This document shows positions 1 to 12,760 of a stretch of DNA of 64,000 nt, in pieces; position 1 is the stretch's first letter; the number at the start of each line of letters is the position of its first letter. Made by a program: the position numbers and the translations under genes. Under the pieces are notes generated by a model. That model was not told where the DNA came from. It saw nothing but the letters and a program-made list of their open reading frames with translations, and searched no databases. The DNA comes from Flaccisagitta enflata (Eukaryota), in assembly GCA_965153355.1 (NCBI GenBank), contig OZ231126.1, forward strand, positions 36,890,001 to 36,954,000, in the 5' to 3' direction.

Positions 1-800
1 AAAAATGTCCTCACTCACTATTTCCTAATAATTTTTTTCCATCCCAAGAGTTTGTCCTCACTCATCACAATCTCATGTTTGAAATAGTTTTTTTTCTCTC
101 AGTCCTCACTCACCAGACCCTTTTTCTTTAATAGCCTTTGTTTTTATGTTCAAAGAATGTCCTCACTCACTATTCCTAAGGATTTTTTTCATCTCAAAAG
201 TGTGTCCTCACTCACCACAATCTTTTGTTTGTTGTAGTCTTTTTTCTCTCCACTTGGATGTCCTCACTCACCCAGACCTTTTTTTTTTGATAGCCTTTTT
301 TTTTTATTTTCAAAGAATGTCCTCTTACCATTTCTAGGATTTTTTTTCATCCCAAAAATGTGTCCTCACTCACCACAATCTTGAATGTGTCCTCACCTTA
401 GTCTTTTGTTTGTGTTATTTTTTTTTCTCTCAAGATGTCTTCACATGTCTCTATATAAATCTTTTGTTTCATTCATATCATTCAGTTATTTTTTTATCCC
501 CTAAATGTGTCCTCACCATAGTCTTTTGTTTGTATTATTTTTTTTTCTTACAAGATGTTTCTACTTGTCTCTATGTAAATCTTTTGTTTCATCCATATCA
601 TTCAGTTATTTTTTTGATCCCCAAAATGTGTCCTCACCTTTGTCTTTTGTTTGTGTTATTTTTTTTTCTCTCAAGATGTCTCCACTTATCTCTAAGTATC
701 AATCTTTAGTTTTTTCCACCTCATCATCAATCATCAATCATCGATCATATTTTTATCCCAAACTTTTTCTATCTCAAAATATCCTCACCTGTCTTTTGTT
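1..800. repeat. Degenerate T-rich minisatellite with recurring (t)gtcctcac(tcac) motif, roughly 50-bp spacing
   Basis: gtcctcac-like motif recurs near 7, 54, 102, 159, 205, 259, 362, 388, 508 and 629, separated by T-rich spacers. Confidence 0.6.
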
Positions 801-868
801 TAAGTTTGTCTTAATTCATCTACCAGATGTTTTAAACTTAATCTCATTTGCCTTTTGTCCCTGCTTGA

Positions 869-1080
869 TTTTTGGTCGCGTGCTACGTGACTCTGCAACC
901 AACTTTGTTCGTCCGTCCGTCTGTCGGTCTGTCGGTCCGTCCGTCCGTCCGTTCGTCACACTTTACTTTTTTGGGTTTTTTGCGGTCTTTGACGCCTGTC
1001 CTACCCCAAAATGATGGAGTAGTGTAATGCTGCCCACCCGCCGCTGGCGACCCATTTAGCCGTGTATCCGACCTTGTTTT
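869..1080 (+). mobile_element. HINE/DINE-1-like non-autonomous element (Helentron-associated)
   Basis: 5' ttttt-ggtcgcgtgctacgtgactct hairpin, (GTCC/GTCG)n microsatellite, 3' gccgtgtatccgaccttgtttt; same end motifs as the copies at 9174, 12631 and 20271. Confidence 0.7.
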
Positions 1081-1091
1081 CATACCATAAG

Positions 1092-1127
1092 GGAAGAGAG
1101 AGAGAGAGAGAGAGGGAGGGAGAGAGT

Positions 1128-1182
<55 letters not shown>

Positions 1183-1252
1183 AGAGAGAGAGAGAGTGAG
1201 GCAGAGAGAGAAAGAGAGAGAGAGAGAGAAGAAGAAGAAAAAGAGAGAGAGA
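1092..1252. repeat. (GA)n microsatellite
   Basis: Direct reading. Confidence 0.95.
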
Positions 1253-1693
1253 CATTTCAGCTATCAGAATACTGCATGGAACTTAAAATGTCATAATTTT
1301 AACTTAATTCACTTATAGTTCAGGGTTTTTTTTATCTAAATTTTATATGAATTTGTATGTATTATGCATAATATAAAATATCTAAAAAAGTAAAAAATAA
1401 AAAGTTACAAGAAAAAAAATTAAAAAAAAAAAAAGTGAAAAAGTGAAAAAATATAAAAATTAAGAAAAATGAAAATTTGAAAATGTGAAAAAAATAAAAG
1501 AAATAGAAGTAAAAAAAGAAAATGCAAAGCAAAAAAAAAAAAAAAAATAAATAAATGAAAATAATAAATGAAAAATGAAAAAAATTCATTATAAAAAAAA
1601 CAAAAAAAAAACAACAAATAAACATCGCGATCCACAGTATTGGCAACAGCCCCTGGTTAGATTTATGGCTCCTTTTTTTTAAGGGTTTACATC

Positions 1694-2098
1694 AATTTCC
1701 CTTGAAAATTTTTGCAAAAATTGTTAAAAAGTGTCAATTTTTATATATATTTACAAATAGATCTCAAGGATATATCAGTTTCAAAATTCTGACTCAAGAT
1801 TCACATTCCTGGTGAAATTTCCAATCATTTGATAGGTCACACTATATACTTTCATGAAAAAATAAGATTTTCATATTTTAGGCCACCGTTGCTTTCTTTG
1901 TAACGGTGGCATAGAAAATGAAAATCTTATTTTTTCATGAAAGTATATAGTGTGACCTATCAAATGATTGGAAATTTCACCAGGAATGTGAATCTTCAGT
2001 CAGAATTTTGAAACTGGTATATCCTTGAGATCTATACGTAAATATATACAAAAATTGATACTTTTCAGCAAGTTTTGCAAAAATTTTCAAGGGAAATT
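1694..2098. mobile_element. ~400-bp imperfect palindrome (foldback/MITE-like)
   Basis: Arms aatttcccttgaaaatttttgcaaaa...gccaccgtt and aacggtggc...ttttgcaaaaattttcaagggaaatt are near-perfect reverse complements around a loop of about 10 nt. Confidence 0.8.
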
Positions 2099-2214
2099 TT
2101 CTTCAAAGGGTTTACATCAATTCTCTGCTATAAATTGTACCTACTCATAAAAGTCACAACTATTGGGAATTTTTTAAAACTCATACCCAGTTAAGGCCCA
2201 CTGTGTAAAGCCAA

Positions 2215-2500
2215 TTTAAGTCATTTGAGTCATTGTCAAAAATAGATTTAGTGATTTTAGGTCAATCTAAGTCAGTTCAGGTCAGTTAAATTCAATTTAT
2301 GTCATTCTAGGGCAATTTAAGTCATTCAAAGTCATTTTAATTCAACTTATGTAAATTTAGGTCATTCTATTCACGTAAGTCATTTAGTCATTTTATGTCA
2401 ATTCAAGTCAAATTCACGTCATTTTAAGTTATTTTAGGTCATTTTAAAACATCTTTAGTAATCTCAAGTCAATCAAATTTGGTGAAAGTCATTTTAGTTA
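2215..2500. repeat. Degenerate 10-bp aagtcatttt tandem repeat
   Basis: Repeated aagtcatt/aggtcatt units, the same motif found inside the HINE-like elements at 3030-3312 and 35255-35639. Confidence 0.7.
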
Positions 2501-2660
2501 TGTGGTTATTGGAAAAAAGTCGAATTACGCAATTCGACTTTTTGAAGCATAAGAGAGAAATAAAGTTTTCCATTTTTGGTTTGAGGCAATTTTATGAAGT
2601 TGGGTAGTTTTAGGGCTGGGAGTTAACATTTTTTGATATTCATAGCTTAGAAAGAGCATA

Positions 2661-2802
2661 TTTTTAGATGAGTCATCGCATCTCTATAAGAGGGTCTGTC
2701 TGTCCATCGGTCCGTTGGTCCGTCGTTCCATCGGTCCGTTGGTCCGTTACGCCTCTTCTAATATCACGCGAATGACAGCATCGAGTTGTGTCGAGGCTTG
2801 TT
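2661..2802 (+). mobile_element. HINE-like element, tttttagatgcgtc..cgcatctct subfamily
   Basis: tttttagatgagtcatcgcatctctataagaggg hairpin head, (GTCC)-like microsatellite, end gaggcttgtt; a reverse-orientation relative ends at 4608. Confidence 0.65.
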
Positions 2803-2857
2803 CTCTTTCAAAATAGCTGTAATTCAAGTGCTACGATCATTGAATTTTGTTATGAAT

Positions 2858-3312
2858 TTTCAATGCATGCACGCGACACTACACCCGCTTGTTGGTCAGG
2901 TCGGTCCATCGACCCCTTTGGGGCCGCTGCCCTGCTCCCCCTTCAACTTCAAGCACAACCTACCCAGCATGGCACGGGTACCGCTGACCATCTAACGCTT
3001 TCGCAACTATTTGTGATATAACGTCAACTCTTAAGTCATTTTAGTTCATTTAAAGTCATTGATAGTTATTCCAAGTCATTCTGAGTCATTCTAAGTCATT
3101 TTAAGTCATTCTAAGTCATTCTAAGTCATTTTAAGTCATTTTTGGTCATTAGGGTCATTAGTCATTAAGAGTCTTTTTTGGTCATTTTAAGTCACTTTAA
3201 GTCATTCTAAGTCATTCTAAGTCATTCTAAGTCATTCTAAGTCATTCTAAGTCTTCCTAAGTCATTCAAAGTCTGCAAGTCTCGCACGCGACTTATAGGT
3301 GTTGGCCTTGTT
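2858..3312 (+). mobile_element. Compound HINE-like element(s) with internal 10-bp aagtcattct array
   Basis: Head gcacgcgacactacacccgct, internal aagtcattct repeats 3030-3270, tail gcacgcgacttataggtgttggccttgtt identical to the tails ending at 35639 and 55133. Confidence 0.7.
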
Positions 3313-3676
3313 GAATCTTATTTTAGTTTTTCGCATTTTTGCAAAGATCAATATTTTGTCATTGATCCCGACACAAAATAAAAAAAAATCGAAAAAAATT
3401 TCATTCGAATTTTTCGTAAATAAATCTTTAAAAAATCATAGCGCGAAAAATATTTGTCGTAGAGAATTCTGCTTGGTGCCAAATGAAAGAGAATAATCAA
3501 ATTTACTTACCCTATAAATTTCATTGGAGGCCTCAATCAGCCGGATGAGATTCACAACTTCCTCATAAGAAAATGAAAACCCTGTTTCTCTCGAATATGT
3601 CAAAAAGTCGAAGACTGACTTCGACTTTTTTCCCGATCATCAACTGATAAGCTTTACGTCCCTCCACCTCGTGTTT

Positions 3677-4142
<466 letters not shown>

Positions 4143-4479
4143 GCGAGAGAGGGGGACTTTGTCTCACTGTCATGTTTTAGATGCGTTTTGTAGAGGGTCC
4201 ATTCGTCCATCCGTCCGACCGTCAGTTACGCTTGTGCAAAAAAGCGGCGATATCGTAGACATGAATAACAAGCCCGAACTGGCAACGATGCGTCCAAACT
4301 GTGTCTCTGCTTATATTGATCATGTGACACATATGGATTGACAGATGGACAAACAGACAGATGGAACGACAAGAGTAGTAATGAATGACATTTTATTCGT
4401 CATGACATGACAGAAGCACACAAACAATCTTTATGGAGGCTCTCATGTTTGTCTCGCAGTAGATTCAGTGTAGGATCTC

Positions 4480-4608
4480 GTCGTGGCCGAAAACAGCTGA
4501 AAACCGCGGTTTTTGCACAGGCGTAACGGACGGACGGACCGACCGACGGACAGACGGACGGCCGGACGGACAAACCCTCTTATAGAGATGCGATGACGCA
4601 TCTAAAAA
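4480..4608 (-). mobile_element. HINE-like element 5' part, tagatgcgtc subfamily
   Basis: Reverse complement reads tttttagatgcgtcatcgcatctctataagagggtttgtccgtccggccgtcc; left boundary approximate. Confidence 0.6.
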
Positions 4609-5544
4609 CTCGTGCCGCTGGGAAAGGCTAAAAAGGGGTCTTACCCTGCATATTCCATGAAGTTTAGAATTTTCTTTGTTTTTTTTTTTTTTTTATAGTT
4701 TTTTTCTACTAAGCTATGAGTGAAAAGGATTTTGGATGAATTCCCTTGAAAGCCAACGACTTCCTTCCTCTATCTGACATCAATCATTGATGTTTAAGAC
4801 AATCGTTTTCTTTTTATTTAATAACAGAGAATGTTTTGAAGGAAAATTAGACCAGAGAAAAGTGGCGAAATCAGAAGTCACGAATGCCCAACTGAAACGA
4901 TCTTTAGGGTGATTTGAGGCGCTTGTTTGATATTCCATTTTATAATCAGTCTGTCCGTCCATCCCTCATTTTGAATAACGTTTGAAGAGCTGGGGTATAA
5001 TTCACATATGCCAGAAATCGACTCTTAAACTGAAGTCGTTCGATGTTAAAATTGTAATTTTTTGTGAACTTTTTTTTTAATAAGCAAAAAAACGGTGAAA
5101 CGCGCTCCTTTGTGAATTTAAAGCTTGGGAGTCGTGAAAGATAGACACAGCGGACCATGAAAAGGAAGATGTCCCTCTCATCAGCAGACCAAATGAAATG
5201 ACAAAAATGACAGAAGGGACAGGATTGACTTGTAATAGTAGCAGAAACGGCGTGAAATGGTTTGCAATGATTTGGCATGAGGGGAAAGTTGGCCCATGGT
5301 CTCGCTCTTGCTCTCTCACTCTCGCTCTCTCGCTCCTGCTCTCACTCTCTCGCTCTCTTGCACTCTCGCACTCTGGCTATCGCTCTCTCGCTATCCCTCT
5401 CTGGCTATTGCTCTCTCACTATTGCTCTCTCCCGCATTCGCTCTCGCTGTCTCGCTCTCTCTCTTGCTCTGTCGCTCTCGCTCTCTCTCTCATTCTTCAC
5501 TAGTGATCATAGTGGAGATGAATTTAAATTAATGTTATGATATA

Positions 5545-5900
5545 TGTCTGAGCATGCAAATATAGGAAACATGTTTTTGATTATATAGCTGCTCAACTGT
5601 GAAAGTGTTTTTGAGTATTCTAGCTCATTTAGCTCAGCCTTTTTTTTACGTGTCTGAGCATGCAAATATAAGAAAGCATGTTTATGAGCAGAGCTGCTAA
5701 ACTATGTAAGTGTTTTTGAGAATTCTAGCTCATTTAGCTCATTTTGCTCAGTCTTTTTTTTATATCTAAGTGGGACAAATGAATAAATGTTTTGATGTGT
5801 GTCTGATCATGCAAATACAAGAAAGCATGTCAGTGAGCATAGGTGGTTGTCTGGGTGAGTGATTTTGAGTATTTTAGCTCTTCTAGCTGATTTGGCCCAA
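5545..5900. repeat. Three diverged copies of an ~85-100-bp repeat
   Basis: tgtctgagcatgcaaata...ttttgag..ttctagctcatttagct near 5545, 5651 and 5800. Confidence 0.7.
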
Positions 5901-6069
5901 TCCTATTTTTTTATGATTTTAAGTTTAATCTATACATCAAATTCTCTTGATTTAATATAACAAATAAAAAAAAATGCAGTGACTGAAAACAAAAGTTAGG
6001 TGAAAAACGACCAATCCTTACGACTTTTTTCCTCACGGCGATAGCCGCCATCACTGGTAATTCTTTCTA

Positions 6070-8183
6070 CAGTACCGGAATCAAAGAACTGGTGATAAGG
6101 AGGGAAGCCATATCTCTCCAATTACAAGGATATGAGATCTGAAATTTTTCTGTGGTGTGCACCTATAGTACCCCCACCCCCCATAAGGGTTTGGAGCTGT
6201 TCCGGGCAATTTTTGTTTTTGGTTGTCAAAAAAATTTTTTTCTAAAAATTGCTATTGTAGGCTAAAAAATTTATTTCAAAAATTGTCTTTTATGTTAAAT
6301 ATAGGTAATACCAAGAGCTACAAATTTCATTTTTTGAAAAATATTTTCCGCCAATTTTTAAGGGAACGACACTAAAAAAACAAAAATTTCAAAAAAATGA
6401 AAAACAGTTATAATTTCCTAAATAATTGGCTTAACATGATAATTTTTGGCATGAAAGTAGTCCTGAGAACTTTCAATGTGTATGCAAAATTTCAACAGTC
6501 ATAGTTGAATTTTAAAGGAGTTATAGCATTTTGAAATTTTAATGATTTTTTGTAAAAAACATTTTTTCCTATGAAATTTTTTTTTGTCAACCATTTTTCT
6601 TAAAATTTCATATACAAACAAAATAACTGTTGAATTTTTGCTTCCAAAAAAAATTTGGCCACTGTGACCCCTTAAAAAAAAATTTTTTTCTCAAAAATTG
6701 CCAAAATGACCCATTTTTCAAAGTTAAATAAAAACTGTTCCTGTCATCTGATCATCTTCATTTTTGGTGGAGTTGTTATTTATTATCTACCCTAACTTCA
6801 CCTAAAATTTGAGCTCACTGCGCCAAACGGTTGCGGAGATATTGACTTTCAAAGTTACTTTGTCAGAGCAAAATCAGCAAAATTTGCATTTTGGCCATTT
6901 TTGAACTTGCATAAAATTTCATTTTTTCTTCCAGAGACCTCCATTTTAGCTGAAGTGACTCAGGTTTAAGCATATATTCATATTCCAAAATTTCACACTT
7001 GTCAGCCAAGCCGTTTTAGGGATATGATGGTCCAATGTTTTTAAAAATAAGCAAAAATTTTTCCCAAAATGGTTTTCAAAGGGGGGTTCAACACAATTGG
7101 GAATTATCTAATTCACCCAGATCCAAAACCCGGAGGACATCCTTTTTTTTTAAATTTTTTTGAAAAATTTTCTTTGTAATTTTTGTTGAAAAATTGGTGT
7201 TTTTTAAAACTTTGGACCATCATATCCCTAAAATGGCTTGGCTGACAAGTGACAAGTGAAATTTTGGAATATGAATATATGCTCAAATCTTAGTAACTTC
7301 AGCTAAAATGGAGGTCTCTAGAAGAAAAAATGAAATTTTATGCAAGCTCAAAAATGGCCAAAATGCCAATTTTGCTGATTTTGCTCTGACAAAGTAACTT
7401 TGAACGTCAATATCTCCGCAACCATTTGGCGCAGTGAGCTCAAATTTTAGGTGAAGTTAGGGTAGATAATAGGTAACAACTCCACCAAAAATGAAGATGA
7501 TCGGATGACAGGAACAGTTTTTATTCAACTTTGAAAAATGGGTCATTTTGGCAATTTTTGAGAAAAAAATTTTTTTTTAAGGGGTCACAGTGGCCAAATT
7601 TTTTTTGGAAGCAAAAATTCATCAGTTACTTTGTTTGTATATGAAATTTTAAGAAAAATGGTTGACAAAAAAAAATTTTATAGGAAAAAATGGTTTTTAC
7701 AAAAAATCATTAAAATTTCAAAATGCTATAACCCCTTAAAAATTCAACTATGACTGTTGAAATTTTGCATACACATTGAAGGTTCTCAGTACTACTTTCA
7801 TGCCAAAAATTATCATGTTAAGCCAATTATTTAGGAAATTATAGCTATTTTTCATTTTTTTGAAATTTTTGTTTTTTTAGTGTCGTTCCCTTAAAAATTG
7901 GCGGAAAATATTTTTCAAAAAATGAAATTTGTAGCTCTTGGCATTACCTATATCTAACATAAAAGACAATTTTTGAAATAAATTTTTTAGCCTACAATAG
8001 CAATTTTTAAAAAAAATTTTTTTTTGACAACCAAAAACAAAAATTGCCCGGAACAGCTCCAAACCCTTATGGGGGGTGGGGGTACTATAGGTGCACACCA
8101 CAGAAAAATTTCAGATCTCATATCCTTGTAATTGGAGAGATATGGCTTCCCTCCTTATCACCAGTTCTTTGATTCCGGTACTG
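6070..8183. mobile_element. Non-autonomous Tc1/mariner-type foldback element with ~980-bp TIRs and TA target-site duplication
   Basis: TA|cagtaccggaatcaaagaactgg ... ccagttctttgattccggtactg|TA; arms about 6070-7048 and 7200-8183 are highly similar reverse complements; ~150-bp spacer; no transposase ORF. Confidence 0.9.
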
Positions 8184-8627
8184 TACAGTGGGACGTTCCA
8201 TGTTAAATTTCATTATTGTACCATGTACCATTTTACGCCCTTTCATTCTTTCTCGTCAGGTAAACGGGTGATAAGAACAACAGATTTTCCTTATGAAAGA
8301 AAACAATCATAAAACAATAAGGCATAAGGGTTAAACAGTGCATGAAGACAATCAGCACTCGCTCGAAATTTGAAATATAATTTTGACGGCTGAGGTATCG
8401 TACAGGACATCTAGTTCAAAGGGTCGTTCTAGGACTATATAATAAATTTATGTCCCTGGTCGGCATTGAATAAGGCCAGAAGCGGGATGCGGGATACGAC
8501 ATGTAGACGGTTGTCACGACATGAGTGGTTTCATGAAAAGATATTGAAAAGAGACTCCGTAAAACTCGGTTGTAGATTTCAGTGCTTATCTTGTTTTGTT
8601 TGTCTCGAGCGTTAACCGCGAATCTTC

Positions 8628-8697
8628 ATGGAAGCAGAACAGAAAGCGGAAGCGATGGCATTTCGAATTTTCATTCCTGCTCATGATGATATTTCAG
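8628..8697 (+). CDS. Putative exon 1 of + strand gene (MEAEQKAEAMAFRIFIPAHDDIS/G)
   Basis: ATG at 8628, GT donor at 8698, phase 1, compatible with the acceptor at 9374-9375. Confidence 0.45.
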
Positions 8698-8740
8698 GTA
8701 GCATTTGCTTGCATATTTAGGTATCCTTTTCTTTTTTTCA

Positions 8741-8930
8741 TTCATTCATTAAAACATTCATTCATTAAAACATTCATTCATTAAAACATTCATTCATTCA
8801 TTCATGCATTCATTCATTCATTCATTCATTCATTCATTCATTCATTCATTCATTCATTCATTCAATCTTTCATGTATTCAAGCATTCATTCATTCATTCA
8901 TTCATTCATTCATTCATTCATTCATTCATT
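8741..8930. repeat. (ATTC)n microsatellite
   Basis: Direct reading. Confidence 0.9.
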
Positions 8931-9173
8931 CTATCATTCTTCCATTTATTTAATCATTCTCCTATGCCTTTACTATATTCATTTATATATTCTTTCGTTT
9001 GTTCCATCCATTCATATATGAATCATTTATTCATTCATTAATTCACTCATTTATCAACTCTTAACTTGATTATCACCTATTGTCTCTTAAATTTATGCGT
9101 GCAACTTCATTCCAGTTCCACGTTCTTATAATTTTTTTCATCACAGACCGTGCTTAACGGTAATTTCCTAACC

Positions 9174-9330
9174 TTTTTAGTCGCGGACACGGGACTCTAC
9201 ACCTTGCCGTGTCGGTAGGTCGGTCCGTCCGTCCGTCCGTCCGAAATATTTCAGAAATTGCGATCAGTTTTCGCATTTCTGCTCCTGCCCAATCGTCCGC
9301 GACTGGATTGCCGTGTATCCGGCCTTGTTT
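9174..9330 (+). mobile_element. HINE-like element
   Basis: tttttagtcgcggacacgggactctac head, (GTCC)n, tail gccgtgtatccggccttgttt. Confidence 0.75.
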
Positions 9331-9375
9331 CGCTTGAATCAGATACCGCGTTTGTATCAACCGCATCATTGTTAG

Positions 9376-9674
9376 GCCTCGTGAGCAACGGAGGCCAAGC
9401 CGCGGCCGTCGATGAACGAGAGGCTGCAGCCGTGGACGACCCGCTGCCTCAACTGACGACGCATCATTGCACCTTCAGCGAGGAATCTGCGCCGCCATTC
9501 AAGAGTTGGGAGCAACTTGCTGCAGAGAGACAAGCCAAGATCCGGCGACTCACTTTGCCCCACTATGCTTTCAAGAAGCGAGTTGCGCAGACCACGAATA
9601 AATATGAGCCGCTGACCATTTTCAACTGCGCCCGCGAGTCGGATTCGAATGGAAACCTCAGAGGACAACAACAA

Positions 9675-9764
<90 letters not shown>

Positions 9765-10102
9765 CCTCAGGATTCTGCTGCCCAGGAGAACCAAATACGG
9801 CTCCTGCTGGTAAACGACGACACCATCGAGTTCGGCTCTGGATTAGCAGCGACAGCATCAGCTGCAGCAGCAAAAACGGTATCAGCTGCAGCAGCTACAA
9901 TCGAGATTTCGAAGCAGTTGACGAATGTCGACAGTTTCGATTCAGAATCATCGGCGTCGTTACAATCTCAAATTGCGGCAGCTGAGAGTGATCCGGAGAG
10001 ACGGTTGGGGACGGATGATTGCTGTTACAATTCGGAATCATCGTCGTCGCTACTCGGAATTCTGCATCAACCGCAACGCACGGCGTACGAAGACGATGAC
10101 GG
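9376..10102 (+). CDS. Putative exon 2: low-complexity, polyQ (CAA-encoded) and Ala/Ser-rich region
   Basis: Within ORF 9258-10109; acceptor cattgttag at 9375, donor GG|gtattg at 10103 (phase 2), which matches the exon at 10526. Confidence 0.6.
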
Positions 10103-10297
10103 GTATTGAATATTGTTTATTTTGTTTTTGATTTTTTTGTTGTTTACTACAGAGGGCATTACATTCGAAGGAGCTAAACACGGGGCAACAGCCAACAGTA
10201 GCGGACAGGTGGGTAGGGGGCTAAGGGCAATACAACAAACTATGCTCACACTCGACATTAAAGCATTACCGACGCAGCAAAGCGTATCGGCGAAATA

Positions 10298-10474
10298 CAG
10301 TTGAACCCCGCTCTAACGGACCCGCCACCAGCGGAATTCCGCTTATTACAGGTGCAATTTCATGGCCCTTTCAAATTGATTTCTTTTATTTCTTTTGTTG
10401 GCAATAACTAAAATCTTCCTTTAATAGAATAAGATTATTGGTCCCCTGAAATCCGTTAGAGCGGGGTTCAACTG
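10298..10474. mobile_element. 177-bp pogo/Tigger-like MITE
   Basis: Perfect 23-bp TIRs cagttgaaccccgctctaacgga / tccgttagagcggggttcaactg flanked by TA on both sides. Confidence 0.9.
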
Positions 10475-10525
10475 TACATTTATTATTGAAATGGTAAGTC
10501 TCATTTAATTAGTTTTCTTTTATAG

Positions 10526-10928
10526 AGACCCGTCTGTGGCTGCCGAATATCTGGATTCAGTAGTTTACGAAGACGACGGCAACAACGACGAAAACGACGA
10601 TAACGATAACGACGACGGAAACTTTTGTTGTTTCTCACTAACGCGTCGATCGAATCTCGTCCACCCGAAATCCAACGTAGTTTTCGCGTTGTCCGCGACG
10701 AGGAAGGACTGGACGAGAAGATACGACTGGATTCATGGCCCGCTTCCGTGCGAGGATCTCGAGATTGTCTTTCGCAAGCGGAAGTGCAGGACGCCGATTT
10801 TGAACAGAATCGCGCGGCAAAGGAAAACCGTCCGCAGAAAACTGGTTGGAAGTCGACGTAAAGACTCGGTTTACGCGAGTACCATCATTCACATGCCTAT
10901 TATGAAAGGGGATCTCGCCAACGAAGAG
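10526..10928 (+). CDS. Exon 3: first copy of duplicated unknown domain (..LTRRSNLVHPKSNVVFALSATRKDW..MKGDLANEE)
   Basis: Acceptor ttttcttttatag, donor GAG|gtaatg; clear protein similarity to the exon at 11218-11751. Confidence 0.8.
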
Positions 10929-10936
10929 GTAATGAA

Positions 10937-11021
<85 letters not shown>

Positions 11022-11217
11022 AAGAATCAAATAAACGGAAAGACGTTTTGAAATTAAGTTTTTGTTGCTATTGTTTTTGTTGTTTAGGTCGCTGTTGCGG
11101 TTGTAGTTGCGGTGGTTGTTGTTGTCGTTATCGTTAACGTCATCGTGTTCGTTGTTTCGTTGTTGATGTTGCAAGTGGAGTAATAATCACCGTTATCTTT
11201 ACATCACTTTTTCGCAG

Positions 11218-11751
11218 GAGTTGCTCCTTTCTGGACGATTTGACGAGAAAGATGTTGTTCCTCCGATCGAAGTGAAAGAAGAGCAAGAGGAGAAGGAGAG
11301 GAAGGAGATCGATAACGAAATTGAAAGTGGGGAAGAAGAGAAGGAAATGAAACTGGAAATAAATAACCAGGACGCGGAAATAAAAACCCAGATTTCAAGC
11401 GCGGACGAGGATATGGGGATGTCAGAAGTGATCGAAACTTTCGACGGATTCAAATTGACGTCGCGATCGAATCTCGTCTCTCCCAAACCCAACGCCATCT
11501 TAGCGTTGTCGGCGACGAGGAAAACTTGGACGGAAAAGCATGATTGGATTTCCGGTTCCATTCCGTGCGGAGATAATCTCGAGATCGTCCTTAACTCGAA
11601 GAAGAAACGGCATACGCCATTAATCCAAAGAATCACCTACGTAAGGACAAAATCCCGCTGCAAGCTGAGTGGACAGCGACGTAGAGACCCGCTTTACATG
11701 AACGCCATCCTGCATGTAGCTGTTATGAAAGGAGACCTCGCCAACGAAGAG
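11218..11751 (+). CDS. Exon 4: acidic linker plus second copy of the domain (..LTSRSNLVSPKPNAILALSATRKTW..MKGDLANEE)
   Basis: Acceptor ctttttcgcag, phase 0-0, donor GAG|gtatag; paralogous to exon 3. Confidence 0.8.
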
Positions 11752-11767
11752 GTATAGAAAGGGTTTT

Positions 11768-11839
<72 letters not shown>

Positions 11840-11842
11840 TGG

Positions 11843-11912
<70 letters not shown>

Positions 11913-12335
11913 GTTGTTGTTATTGTTAGTTAAGGAGACATAAGAAATCTTTACCCGTACGGTCTCGGAACTGGCAGCAAAACATTAGGAAATTGTTTGT
12001 AGACACGTTTTGCTCTTTACCGTGTCCTGGACAAAATTGCGAAACCTAGACGAAATGTTCTACATCCAGGACACGAAAACTAACTAGCTGAATGAAACGT
12101 AAAGTGATACTTAGCAGCTATTAAATACAACAAAATATTTGCTGCTTTGTCATGTACCTCTCTGACTCAACTGGGGTCATACTTGTATACACCAAGAATA
12201 AAAGGAAACACGTTAACAAGGCAACACTTTTTATTTCGAACAATAAATACAGCAATTCCTTATGACGTTATGTTTATGAAGATGTTCATCTTGACCTCTT
12301 CATAGTCAAATAATCTTATTCTATCCAATATTTTA

Positions 12336-12620
<285 letters not shown>

Positions 12621-12630
12621 TTTGAGTAAG

Positions 12631-12760
12631 AACAAGGCCGGATAAACGGCAGTTGCGGATGGTCGGGCAGGAGCAGTTATGCAAAAACCACTTGGAATTC
12701 AGAAATATTACCGACTGACCAACACGGCAAGTTGTAGAGTCGCGTGTTCGCGACTAAAAA
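12631..12760 (-). mobile_element. HINE-like element
   Basis: aacaaggccggataaacggc ... tagagtcgcgtgttcgcgactaaaaa, the reverse complement of the family ends. Confidence 0.75.

Noticed and set aside
9147-9159. Possible 13-nt microexon (cacag|accgtgcttaacg|gtaatt)
   Set aside because: After the phase-1 exon at 8628-8697 it would introduce a TAA stop, and direct splicing to 9376 is already in frame; unresolved without RNA data
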